Assembly (NCBI GenBank): GCA_963663895.2 | Contig: CAXXRD010000001.1 | Location: 576,001 to 640,000, forward strand | Source: Dehalococcoidia bacterium | Lineage (GTDB): Bacteria > Chloroflexota > Dehalococcoidia > Bin125 | DNA: 64,000 nucleotides | Direction of reading: 5' to 3' | Shown: piece by piece, positions 1-8,702 of the stretch | Layout: each line of letters starts with the position of its first letter | Position numbering within the stretch: the stretch's first letter is position 1 | Notes under the pieces: generated by a model | Seen by the model: the letters and a program-made list of their open reading frames with translations, nothing else | Databases searched by the model: none | What the model was told of the DNA's origin: nothing | Position numbers and translations under genes: made by a program

Positions 1-495
1 GAGCAGAAGCGCCGGTTGGTCGCCACGATTCGCCCTGAAAGCAATTCAGCCGAGCTGGAGATCGTGGTTGCTTCGGACGACGCCATCCAAGGAAATATCG
101 AAAGCCGCATGATGTACCTGGACGAGGGACAGGCGCTGGAGGACGATCAAGGGATGTCCATCCGCATCCTGCGTCAATACGCCTCATCCGTGCACCATCG
201 CCAATACTACGGCGTAGATATAATCACTTGCCGTGTGATGGATGAGTAGCGCGGCCAGAGTGAGGGGGATCTCTTCCTTCAAGCAGAGAGGGACTTGCCG
301 GCATTTCCGGACCAGGGCATACTCGTCGTTGACGGGGACATCCCACTCTGGCGTGGCGCGTCCACCGATCGCAACGCCAAACCGAGGGATGGTCTGAATA
401 AGTCTGCGGCTGCGGCATGGGATGCCCCGCGCGCCCGGATGGCCGTCCGGCTCCAATCCGTCATGCGGGTGAAGGCCGGAGTGCTGGTCGGGTAA
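1..495 (+). pseudogene. 3' part of an unknown protein-coding gene, interrupted by an in-frame TAG at 247-249
   Basis: Frame is open from base 1 to TAG(247-249) and continues in the same frame (RGQSEGDLFLQAERDLPAFPDQGILVVDGDIPLW...) to TAA at 493-495; no family recognised. Confidence 0.3.
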
Positions 496-565
496 TTTCG
501 CCGCCGCGCGACGCAACCTGTGCAGGCCCCCGGCCTCTGCCGACGAATATTCCGGAGATTGCATC

Positions 566-2674
566 GTGAAACATCTGCTTGCCCTGGCCGCTCCCGTTCT
601 CATCGCCCTCTGCTTCGTCGGCCTGGTGTCGGCGCAAGCCCCGCCGGCGGCCCCGACCGGCGTCATGGTGCACAGCGCCGGCGAGGGCGTCCTCGTCAGC
701 TGGGACCAGAACGATGCCGCCGTCCACTGGGTGGCGTGGATGAACGACGACGAATACCAGGCGGCAAAAGACGCCGGCGACTGGACCACGGCGCTGCGCT
801 ACGCCTCCGTCCCGGCCGGCGACACGCACGTCGTCCCCGCCGCGCGTCTCATCAAAGACGCGGACTACTGGTTCGCCGTGGGCAGCGAGAGCCGACAAAC
901 CCCCGCCGCCACTTCCTGGGGCGCGTGGCAGTCGGTGACCGCGATCCACGGCCTGGACGGGGACGCAGACATCGTCGACCAGCTCCGCGAGAACGCGGAG
1001 GCGTTCGAGTACGCCATCGGACAGCCGGGCGGGACGCTGACGCGGGCGACGATCGGCGAGCCGCTGACCCTGAACCTGGCCATCGCCAACGACGCCTCTT
1101 CGTCGGGCATCCTCAGCTTTCTGTTCGAAGGGCTGACCGAGACCTCTTGGCTGACGGACCGGGTCGAGCCCGCGCTGGCGGAGTCCTGGGAGCGCTCGGA
1201 TGACGGGCTGACCTGGACCTTCCACCTGCGCAGAGACGTCACCTGGCACGACGGGCAGGGCTTCACGGCCCAGGACGTGGACTTCACCTTCAACCGGATC
1301 ATCTACAACGACGAGATCCCGGCCAGCAGCCGGCCGACGTTCACCTTCCGCTTCCCGGACGAGGAGAGCGGCGGCTGGCGGGAAGCGCCGATGACCGTCA
1401 CGGCGCTGGACGCGTACACGGTCCAGTTCGTTCTGCCGGTTCCTTTCGCGCCGTTCCTGCGCTCCATGGGCACCGCTATCTACCCCAGGCACATCCTGGA
1501 GCCGCACGTGGACGACGGCACGTTCGCCTCGACCTGGGACATCGACACGGACCCCGCCGCCGTGATCGGCACGGGTCCCTTCACCATTGAGCGCTGGGAC
1601 CGCGGCGAACGCCTGGTCCTGCAGCGCAACCCGAGCTACTGGCTCCGGGACGAGGCGGGCAACCGCCTGCCCTACCTGGACCGGGTGATCTACGAGATCG
1701 TGGCGGATACCGAGGTCACGCGCGCCCGGTTCCAGGCAGGCGCGACGGACGTGCACAGCATGCGCGGCGAGGAGTTCGCGATCTTCGAGCCGCTGCAGGA
1801 GGAGGGCAACTTCACGATCCACCGGCGCGGTCCCGCCTTCGGGACGACGTTCCTGGCGTTCAACATGAACCCCGGCAGCGATCCCGAGAGCGGCGAGCCG
1901 TACCTCGCGGCGGAGAAGCTGGAGTGGTTCCGGAACCCGCAGTTCCGCCGGGCCGTCGCGCACAGCGTCGACAAGGCAGCGATCATCCGGGGGGTCCAGG
2001 ACGGACTCGGCTACCCGCAATGGTCCTCCGTCAGCCCGGCCGCGGGCGACTTCCACAACCCCGACGTCCGCCGCTACGCGTACGACATCGACGAGGCCAA
2101 CGCGATCCTCGACGGCCTCGGTTGGGTGGACAGCGATGGGGACGGGATCCGCGAAGACGGCGCCGGCAACCCGATCGAGTTCTCGCTGGTGACCAACAGC
2201 GACAACACCGTGCGCGAAAAGGTCACGCTGCGGTTGCAGGAGGGACTCGCTCAGATCGGCGTCCAGGCGAACTATATACCGGTCGAGTTCGGCGTTCTCG
2301 TCTCCCAGCTGACGGCATCCTACGACTGGGAGACAATGGTGATCGGCTTCACCGGGGGATCGGACCCGTACGGCGGCATCGGGTTCTGGCACAGCAGCGA
2401 GCCTCTGCATCTGTGGCACCCGAATCAGTCTCAGCCCGCGACGGAATGGGAAGCCGAGATCGACGATCTCTACGTCAGGGCCGCCCAGGAGTTGGACCGT
2501 GACAGGCGGGTGGCGCTCTACCACCGCGCCCAGGAGATCGCCGCCGAGCATGTGCCGGTCATTTACACGACGCTCCCCGAGCGGCTGAGCGCGGTCCGAA
2601 ACGTCTTCGGCAACACGACGCCTACGTTGTACGGGCTCTGGGACATCCGCTACCTGTACCGAACGGACCGCTGA
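566..2674 (+). CDS. ABC transporter substrate-binding protein, family 5 (peptide/nickel), with N-terminal FN3-like domain
   Basis: Signal peptide; PAAPTGV..VLVSW..YWFAV FN3-like segment; SBP5 motifs PALAESWERSDDGLTWTFHLRRDVTWHDG, GTGPF, RRAVAHSVDK; GGAGA RBS. Confidence 0.9.
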   Translation: MKHLLALAAPVLIALCFVGLVSAQAPPAAPTGVMVHSAGEGVLVSWDQNDAAVHWVAWMNDDEYQAAKDAGDWTTALRYASVPAGDTHVVPAARLIKDADYWFAVGSESRQTPAATSWGAWQSVTAIHGLDGDADIVDQLRENAEAFEYAIGQPGGTLTRATIGEPLTLNLAIANDASSSGILSFLFEGLTETSWLTDRVEPALAESWERSDDGLTWTFHLRRDVTWHDGQGFTAQDVDFTFNRIIYNDEIPASSRPTFTFRFPDEESGGWREAPMTVTALDAYTVQFVLPVPFAPFLRSMGTAIYPRHILEPHVDDGTFASTWDIDTDPAAVIGTGPFTIERWDRGERLVLQRNPSYWLRDEAGNRLPYLDRVIYEIVADTEVTRARFQAGATDVHSMRGEEFAIFEPLQEEGNFTIHRRGPAFGTTFLAFNMNPGSDPESGEPYLAAEKLEWFRNPQFRRAVAHSVDKAAIIRGVQDGLGYPQWSSVSPAAGDFHNPDVRRYAYDIDEANAILDGLGWVDSDGDGIREDGAGNPIEFSLVTNSDNTVREKVTLRLQEGLAQIGVQANYIPVEFGVLVSQLTASYDWETMVIGFTGGSDPYGGIGFWHSSEPLHLWHPNQSQPATEWEAEIDDLYVRAAQELDRDRRVALYHRAQEIAAEHVPVIYTTLPERLSAVRNVFGNTTPTLYGLWDIRYLYRTDR

Positions 2675-2724
2675 CCGGCGCCCGCTGAATCGAAGGTGCT
2701 CGTCAGCGGCCGGGTCTCCCGGCC

Positions 2725-3792
2725 TTAGAGATTGTCCTCGAAGAAGGCGACGATCCGGCGCCGGTACTCGTCCGGGGCGGTGGTGGCGCCCTCACTGTGT
2801 CCCGCTCCGGGGATCAGCCAGAGCTCCTTGGGCTCGCCCGCCGCCGCGAAGATGGCCTCGCTGTCGGCCGGGGAGATGGTCTCGTCGTCGAGGCCGTGCA
2901 TCACCAGCAGCGGCGTGGGCGACAGCGCTGGGACGGTCCGCTCGGGCACGACGTCGTCTGTGCCGATGCCCGTCCGGCGCTCCGCCAGCCACACGGTGAT
3001 GGGCGCGAAGGGGAACGCCGGCAGGCCGACGAAATGGCTGAAGCTCTGGGCGACGGCCGAGTCCACGCTGCGGAACGGCGCCTCGGCCGCCACGGCCAGC
3101 ACGTCGTCGCTCTCCGCCGCCGCCAGGATGGCGGTGGCCCCGCCCTGGGAGAGTCCCAGCAAACCGACCTTGGAGCCGTCCAAGCCGGGTCTGGCCTTGA
3201 GATGGTCGATCGCGGCCAGGGCGTCCTCCCGCTCGTAGTAACCGAGGGAGACGAACTCCCCGCCGCTCTCCCCCCGGTTGCGGAAGTCGAACAGCAGAAC
3301 GGTGAAGCCGGCGTCGTACAGCATTTCGGCGTGCGGGAGAAGCTCCCGCCGGTCGCAGCGGTAGCCGTGCAGGAGCACCACCGCCTCGTCGCGCTCGCCG
3401 ACGGCCAGCCAGCCCGCCAGCCTGGTGCCGTCCGCGCTGCGGAAGGCGACCGGCTCGACCGCCGCTTCCAAAACAGGGTACTCGGCCAACTCGGGCGGGT
3501 CGTCGCAGGCGCTGGGGTGGATGGCCCGCTCGGAGCCGATCCAGGCCACCCCCAGCAACAGCAGCGCGGTGAGGAGCACGCTGGCGCCCATGTAGCCGTT
3601 GGCCGCCGCCCGCGGCCAGCGCCGTTCGCTCGGCCGCAACCACATGTAGAGGTAGACGAAGGGCGCGGGCACGAACACCCAGGCGACGAGCAGGACCGCG
3701 AACGAACCGCCGCCCATCCCCATCAAGGCCGCGAAGGCGGCGACGGCCGCCAGAAACAGCCCGATCCCGGCTTTCAGGGCATTACGCGTCAT
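2725..3792 (-). CDS. Membrane-anchored alpha/beta hydrolase
   Basis: Hydrophobic N-terminal helices; LLHGY, FDFRNRGES, GLSQGG nucleophile elbow, HGLDD and GAGHS catalytic motifs; start placed at MTRNALK. Confidence 0.88.
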   Translation of the reverse strand: MTRNALKAGIGLFLAAVAAFAALMGMGGGSFAVLLVAWVFVPAPFVYLYMWLRPSERRWPRAAANGYMGASVLLTALLLLGVAWIGSERAIHPSACDDPPELAEYPVLEAAVEPVAFRSADGTRLAGWLAVGERDEAVVLLHGYRCDRRELLPHAEMLYDAGFTVLLFDFRNRGESGGEFVSLGYYEREDALAAIDHLKARPGLDGSKVGLLGLSQGGATAILAAAESDDVLAVAAEAPFRSVDSAVAQSFSHFVGLPAFPFAPITVWLAERRTGIGTDDVVPERTVPALSPTPLLVMHGLDDETISPADSEAIFAAAGEPKELWLIPGAGHSEGATTAPDEYRRRIVAFFEDNL

Positions 3793-3936
3793 CGGAGTGA
3801 GATACCAGCCTTCGTACGGCTCAGCAAATGCTCGCTCGGGAAATACTCGTCTCGCCCGGAGGATGAGGCAACGGCATGTCGCCAGTCCACCTTCCCTTAG
3901 GGAGAGACGCTTGCAGAGCTCCCCAACGCCTCTCTC

Positions 3937-3963
3937 GCCATTCCGGCGAAAGCCAGGATCCAG
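3937..3963. repeat. Degenerate REP-like palindromic element (GTCATTCCCGCGAAAGCGGGAATCCA-type)
   Basis: GCCATTCCGGCGAAAGCCAGGATCCAG; minus-strand translation LDPGFRRNG is typical of this repeat class. Confidence 0.55.
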
Positions 3964-4244
3964 CAGGCTGAAGGCTCCCGCGAGAGTGCCACGCACTTCG
4001 CCCAGCCGTCGGTCCCGTGAGAGATCAGTTCGCTAGCTATCAGGCCTCCTGCTAGGGGGTGAACCTAACTGAGAAGAGGGCACGTATAACTTAGAGGAGG
4101 ATGCGTCCCTGATTCGTGTCCTCTCCTCTCGCGCCAGGCGCAGGAAATGCGCAGGGGCAGGGTGGAACAGACAAGCAGCGCTGCGGATTTGGGTAGGAGA
4201 CCGATATGCTTTCGAGCCCCGTCTTGGCTCCCCATCGTGTGGAC

Positions 4245-5315
4245 ATGCTCCGGCACCTCTTGCTGGCGTTGGCCGCGGCAGCAGGGATGGCCGCTTCCGG
4301 TTACGTACTTAGCTCGCAGGCAGCGGCCGATTTCTTACGCGAAGGAGCGGTGCGCTTCACGGGGCTGGAGGGCGAAACGCTCCGGCTGGTGCTGGGGCTG
4401 GGCGCATTGGCGGCGACGGCCATCGCGGTAGGGGCGCTTTGGCATCAGGTGACTCATCCGCGGCTACTGCTGGCGGCTATCGCGCTGGGCGGCGGCATGT
4501 TCTTAGCGCACGCGGTTCTGATGCCGATGGCCGTCTTGCTCGTGATGGCCGCTGGCACGGATTTTTCCCAGCACGTGACTCGGGAGCGCTTCGATTGGGC
4601 CAGGCGAAACCCAGCCGTGTTGGGCGGCGGCGCCTTGGCGGGAGCGGGCGCACTGGCGGCGGGAGTGTGGCTCTCGATCTGGCTACTCGGGCCGCTGTTT
4701 GACGAGGGGACGCGGCTTGACGAGATGCTCGGTTTCGAAGTGGCGGGGTTGGTGGATCCAGGGGTAGTAGTCGAGCCGGCAGTAGTCGAACCGGTAGTAG
4801 TCGAGCCTGCGACGGTCGAGCCCGCCGCGGCGGAAGAAGGCGAGGCCGTCGCTGCCGTGCCGAGCGCGCCCGATGCGACGACGGCGACTGAGGAGGACGT
4901 ACCGACGGGCGAGACGACGCGGACGGACACGTCCAGCGTGGCCGACGCCGCGGCCGACCCGGCGCCCGCTGCTGAGAGGACGGGCAGTCTGATATCGAGC
5001 GGCATGCTCATGGGGACGGACGCGTTCCACACCGGGAGCGGCGACGTGCTGCTGGTGAGCGATCCGGAAGGCAACTTGATCCTGCGCTTCCAGGAGTACT
5101 CGGTGCGAAATGGACCGGACCTATTCGTCTACCTGACACCCGATCCCGAGGGCGACGTGCACGCGAACGGCGCCGTCAACCTCGGCGCCATCCGGGCGAC
5201 GAGCGGCTTCGTGAACTACGAAGTGCCAGCGGACGTCGATCCGACCTCGTTCCGCGCCGCCGTGATCTACTGCCGGGCCTTCTCCGTAACCTTCGCGGTC
5301 GCGGAACTCACTTAG
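4245..5315 (+). CDS. Membrane protein with C-terminal DM13 (electron transfer) domain
   Basis: Several TM helices, Pro/Ala/Glu linker, DM13 motifs HTGSG..LRFQEYSVRNGPDLFVYL..YEVP..VIYCRAFSVTFAVAEL. Confidence 0.85.
   Translation: MLRHLLLALAAAAGMAASGYVLSSQAAADFLREGAVRFTGLEGETLRLVLGLGALAATAIAVGALWHQVTHPRLLLAAIALGGGMFLAHAVLMPMAVLLVMAAGTDFSQHVTRERFDWARRNPAVLGGGALAGAGALAAGVWLSIWLLGPLFDEGTRLDEMLGFEVAGLVDPGVVVEPAVVEPVVVEPATVEPAAAEEGEAVAAVPSAPDATTATEEDVPTGETTRTDTSSVADAAADPAPAAERTGSLISSGMLMGTDAFHTGSGDVLLVSDPEGNLILRFQEYSVRNGPDLFVYLTPDPEGDVHANGAVNLGAIRATSGFVNYEVPADVDPTSFRAAVIYCRAFSVTFAVAELT
4764..4823 (+). repeat. Coding tandem repeat, 4 x 15 bp ([VA][VT]VEP)
   Basis: GTAGTAGTCGAGCCG / GCAGTAGTCGAACCG / GTAGTAGTCGAGCCT / GCGACGGTCGAGCCC. 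Confidence 0.85.
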
Positions 5316-5388
5316 GCGTACGGCTCCGTCTTGGTAGGCTGTCGGATGCACCGAGGGTCGGGAGCCCCGCGTCGGCAAGGAGCGTGTC

Positions 5389-5862
5389 ATGGGCGACAGC
5401 GACAGCGAGACCGAGATGCGGCCTGCCCTGCCCGAATGGATCCAGAGCCATCTGGATCGGTATCTGGCAACGGACGGAGCGGATGGACACCTATGGGACT
5501 CCACCGCCTTCGGCGGGAGTGGCAAGATCCCGACGCTACTGTTGACGACGACGGGGCGGCGATCCGGTAGCCGCAACCCGCTGCCGCTGATCTACGGCGA
5601 AGCCGACGGGGCCTACGTGATCGTTGCGTCCAAAGGCGGCGCATCCGAGCACCCCGGGTGGTACCTCAATCTGGTGACGGAGCCGCAAGTCGGGGTGCAA
5701 GTGCTGGCCGAGCGCTTCTCGGCGCGCGCGCGCACGGCGACCGGAGACGAGCGGGCGAAGCTCTGGGATCAGATGGCGCGGATCTATCCGCCCTACAACG
5801 ACTACCAAAAGAAAACCGACCGGGAAATTCCGGTGATCGTTTTGGAGCATACGGGCAGCTAG
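5389..5862 (+). CDS. Deazaflavin (F420)-dependent nitroreductase/quinone reductase, DDN family
   Basis: LLLTTTGRRSG, PL..VIVASKGG..HPGWYLNL, YQKKTDREIPVIVL motifs; AAGGAG RBS. Confidence 0.93.
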   Translation: MGDSDSETEMRPALPEWIQSHLDRYLATDGADGHLWDSTAFGGSGKIPTLLLTTTGRRSGSRNPLPLIYGEADGAYVIVASKGGASEHPGWYLNLVTEPQVGVQVLAERFSARARTATGDERAKLWDQMARIYPPYNDYQKKTDREIPVIVLEHTGS

Positions 5863-5896
5863 CGCCGCCGGGCGCGGGCTAGAAGTGGATGCGGGC

Positions 5897-6760
5897 ATGA
5901 GACGCGATGTGCAGTTCAACGCGGGGGGCGTACAGCTGGCCGGCTGGCTGTACCTGCCGGAGAGGGGCGAGGGCGCGCATCCGCTCGTCGTGATGTCGCA
6001 CGGGTTCTCGGCGGTTCGGCGCATGGGGTTGGATGACTACGCGCGCGTCTTCGAGCGAGCAGGGCTCGCCTGTCTGGTGTACGACCACCGCGGATTCGCC
6101 GAGAGCCAGGGGGAGCCGCGCCATGAAGTAGATCCGTGGCAGCAGATCCACGACATGCGGGATGCGATCTCATTCGCACGTTCCTTGCCGGAGATTGACC
6201 CGGAACGGATCGGCATCTGGGGCACCAGCTACGCCGGGAGCCACGTGATCGTCGTGGGTGCGATCGACCGGCGGGTGCAGTGCGTCGTCGCACAGGTACC
6301 GCTGATGAGCGGGTCGCGCACGCTTCCGCGCTGGGTGCCCGCCGCGAAGCTGGCGGGGCTGCGGGACGCCTTCGATAGTGATCGCGACGCACAAGCCCGC
6401 GGCGAGCCGCCGCGGGTCGTCACCGCCTCCCCCAGTGGGAGCGACGCGGCCGCCTGGGCGGAGGCGATCGACAGGGATGGCGCCTATCCGAACGAGGTCA
6501 CGCTGCGCAGCATGGAGTTGCTGACGGAATACGAGCCCGAGACGTTCATCCACCGCATCGGCCCCACGCCCTTCCTGATGATCGCCGCGACACAGGACAT
6601 CACCACGCCCACCGAAGAGCAGCTGGTCGCGTTTTCACGTGCGACGGAGCCGAAGCGCCTCGTCTTGATTGCAGGCGGCCACTACGACCCCTACATCGGC
6701 GAGTTGGAGGAGGCAAGCGCCGCGGCGCGCGATTGGTTCGTCGAGCATCTGACGCCTTAG
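5897..6760 (+). CDS. Alpha/beta hydrolase (peptidase S15/CocE-like)
   Basis: MSHGFSA, YDHRGFAESQGEPR, GIWGTSYAG, GGHYDPY. Confidence 0.9.
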   Translation: MRRDVQFNAGGVQLAGWLYLPERGEGAHPLVVMSHGFSAVRRMGLDDYARVFERAGLACLVYDHRGFAESQGEPRHEVDPWQQIHDMRDAISFARSLPEIDPERIGIWGTSYAGSHVIVVGAIDRRVQCVVAQVPLMSGSRTLPRWVPAAKLAGLRDAFDSDRDAQARGEPPRVVTASPSGSDAAAWAEAIDRDGAYPNEVTLRSMELLTEYEPETFIHRIGPTPFLMIAATQDITTPTEEQLVAFSRATEPKRLVLIAGGHYDPYIGELEEASAAARDWFVEHLTP

Positions 6761-6959
6761 CCGGAGGCCGGATCCAAGACATCCATCCGATCAGCGTTCG
6801 CGAGGACTTCGCCGGTATTGCCCAAGCGTTCTCGGAACGCACTCGTATCCGATAGCCGTCCGCGAGAGCCGCTTCGAGGCTATCGACGATCGCCCACGCT
6901 CGCCTTGTGGTATATCGAGGAGCAAGATTGCCGCGTGGTCGCAAGCAAGGAACGTTTCC

Positions 6960-8702
6960 ATACGCACCTATTACGACATCCAGCTCGGTGAGCGCCGCGT
7001 GGAGGCGCGGGCGCTTCGCGGCGAGGCGATCGTGCAGGCGGGGCGCTACCTCATTGCAAAGACGCTGCTCGGAATGGGAGTGGCGGGCGTCGACCCGTTG
7101 TCCCCCGAGAACCCACTGATCTTCTCGGCGGGCCCGTTCGCCGGGACCGCCTTCTCCAACGCGAACCGCACAAGCGTGGGCTGCAAGAGCCCGCTCACGG
7201 GTGGGATCAAGGAAGCGAATGGGGGCGGTACCTTCGCCTACGCACTCGGGCAGCTAAGGATCTGCGGATTGACCCTGCTCGGGGCATCTCCGGATTGGGT
7301 CGTACTGCGGCTGACCAAGGACGGCGGTGTCGAGTTCCACGAGGCGGCGCCATACGTCGGCAAGGGCAACTTTGAGGCGGCCGATCTGCTGCTGGAACGC
7401 TACGGCAAGAGAGTCGCGATCGCGCTCTGCGGCCCCGTGGGGGAGTACCAGGGTCTCCTGGCAGGCGTAGCGTTCACGGACAAGGACCGCCGTCCGGCGC
7501 GGCTGGCGGCGCGGGGCGGGGTGGGCGCGGTGATGGGATCCAAGAAAGTGAAGGCGATCGTCGTGGACATGGACCGCCCGCCTCCGTTCGAGGAGCCCAA
7601 GAAAGTCCAAGCCAGCATTAAGGACTACGCCGGGAAGCTACAGGCCGACGAGATCATTCAGAACACGTACGCGCCCTTGGGCACCATGTCGATGGCCGAC
7701 CTCCAGAACACCGTGGGAGGACTGCCGGTGCGCAACTTCAGCGCAGGACAGCTGGCCAACGTCTCGGCTGGGGAGACGTTCAAGATGGGCGCCGACTACA
7801 TCGCCCCGCTCAACACGTCGCGGGGCGGATCGCAGACCCACGCCTGTATGCCAGGCTGCATCATCCGCTGCAGCAACGTGTATCACGACGCCAACGGCAA
7901 GGAAGTCGTCTCGCCGGTGGAGTACGAGACCTTGGGGCTCCTCGGATCGAATTGCGGAATCAGCGATCCTGACGAACTTGCGGAGCTGAATGCGATCGCG
8001 AACGACTTGGGTATCGACACGATCGAGACCGGTGCGACCTTGGCCGTCCTGATGGAGGCGGGGGTCGGCGCATTCGGCGACGCGGCTTTCATGCGCGACT
8101 GCCTGACGGAGATCCGCCAAGGCAGCGAGCAGGGACGCCGCTGGGCGCAGGGAACGGCGCGCGTGGGGGCGCACTACGGGGTGCGCCGGGTGCCGGTGAT
8201 CAAGCGACAAGCGATGAGCGCCTACGACCCGCGGGTGGTCGAGGCGACCGGCGTCGCGATGATGGCGACGGCGCAGGGAGCAGACCACACCGTCGGCAAC
8301 TTGGCACGGCTGAACACGTTCGAACTGGACAACGCGTCGCTGATAGAGCAAAGCCTGACCCAACAGCGGAAGGTGGCGGCGACGGACTCCTTGGGCCTCT
8401 GCGTCTTTGGTCAGAGCGTGACTAACGTCAACCTGGAGTTCTTGGTGAGCGCGTTGAACGCCGCCCACGGAACCGAACTCGGTGAGGAATTTTTCGAAGC
8501 ACTGGGAGATGCAACGCTCCGGTTGGAGCACGCGTTCAACCGCGAAGCCGGCTTCACGGAACAGGACGACGAGCTGCCGGCGTTCTTTTACGATGAGCCG
8601 CTGCCGCCCACCGGTCGAGTGGCTCGCTTCCACGCGGGTGACCTGCGGGGGATGTACGAGCGCCCGGCGCCCATAGCAGCGAAAGCCGAAGACCATGGTT
8701 AA
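6960..8702 (+). CDS. Aldehyde:ferredoxin oxidoreductase (tungsten/molybdopterin AOR family); probable ATA start
   Basis: KSPLTGGIKEANGGG, AARGGVGAVMGSKKVKAI, CMPGCIIRC, EYET, NDLGIDTIE motifs; in-frame (M)RTYYDIQL extension upstream of the GTG at 6999. Confidence 0.9.
   Translation: MRTYYDIQLGERRVEARALRGEAIVQAGRYLIAKTLLGMGVAGVDPLSPENPLIFSAGPFAGTAFSNANRTSVGCKSPLTGGIKEANGGGTFAYALGQLRICGLTLLGASPDWVVLRLTKDGGVEFHEAAPYVGKGNFEAADLLLERYGKRVAIALCGPVGEYQGLLAGVAFTDKDRRPARLAARGGVGAVMGSKKVKAIVVDMDRPPPFEEPKKVQASIKDYAGKLQADEIIQNTYAPLGTMSMADLQNTVGGLPVRNFSAGQLANVSAGETFKMGADYIAPLNTSRGGSQTHACMPGCIIRCSNVYHDANGKEVVSPVEYETLGLLGSNCGISDPDELAELNAIANDLGIDTIETGATLAVLMEAGVGAFGDAAFMRDCLTEIRQGSEQGRRWAQGTARVGAHYGVRRVPVIKRQAMSAYDPRVVEATGVAMMATAQGADHTVGNLARLNTFELDNASLIEQSLTQQRKVAATDSLGLCVFGQSVTNVNLEFLVSALNAAHGTELGEEFFEALGDATLRLEHAFNREAGFTEQDDELPAFFYDEPLPPTGRVARFHAGDLRGMYERPAPIAAKAEDHG

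Noticed and set aside
461-2551. Long antisense/alternate-frame ORFs (e.g. 461-2551 -, 15940-17379 -, 19806-21254 -, 27973-29469 -, 42531-43844 +, 54269-55669 -)
   Set aside because: Shadow ORFs of well-supported genes in high-GC DNA; no family motifs
4764-4823. CRISPR-like array
   Set aside because: Contiguous in-frame 15-bp coding repeats with no spacers and no cas genes
6600-6944. 114-aa minus-strand ORF between the hydrolase and AOR
   Set aside because: Overlaps the hydrolase 3' end and the probable AOR promoter; no motif
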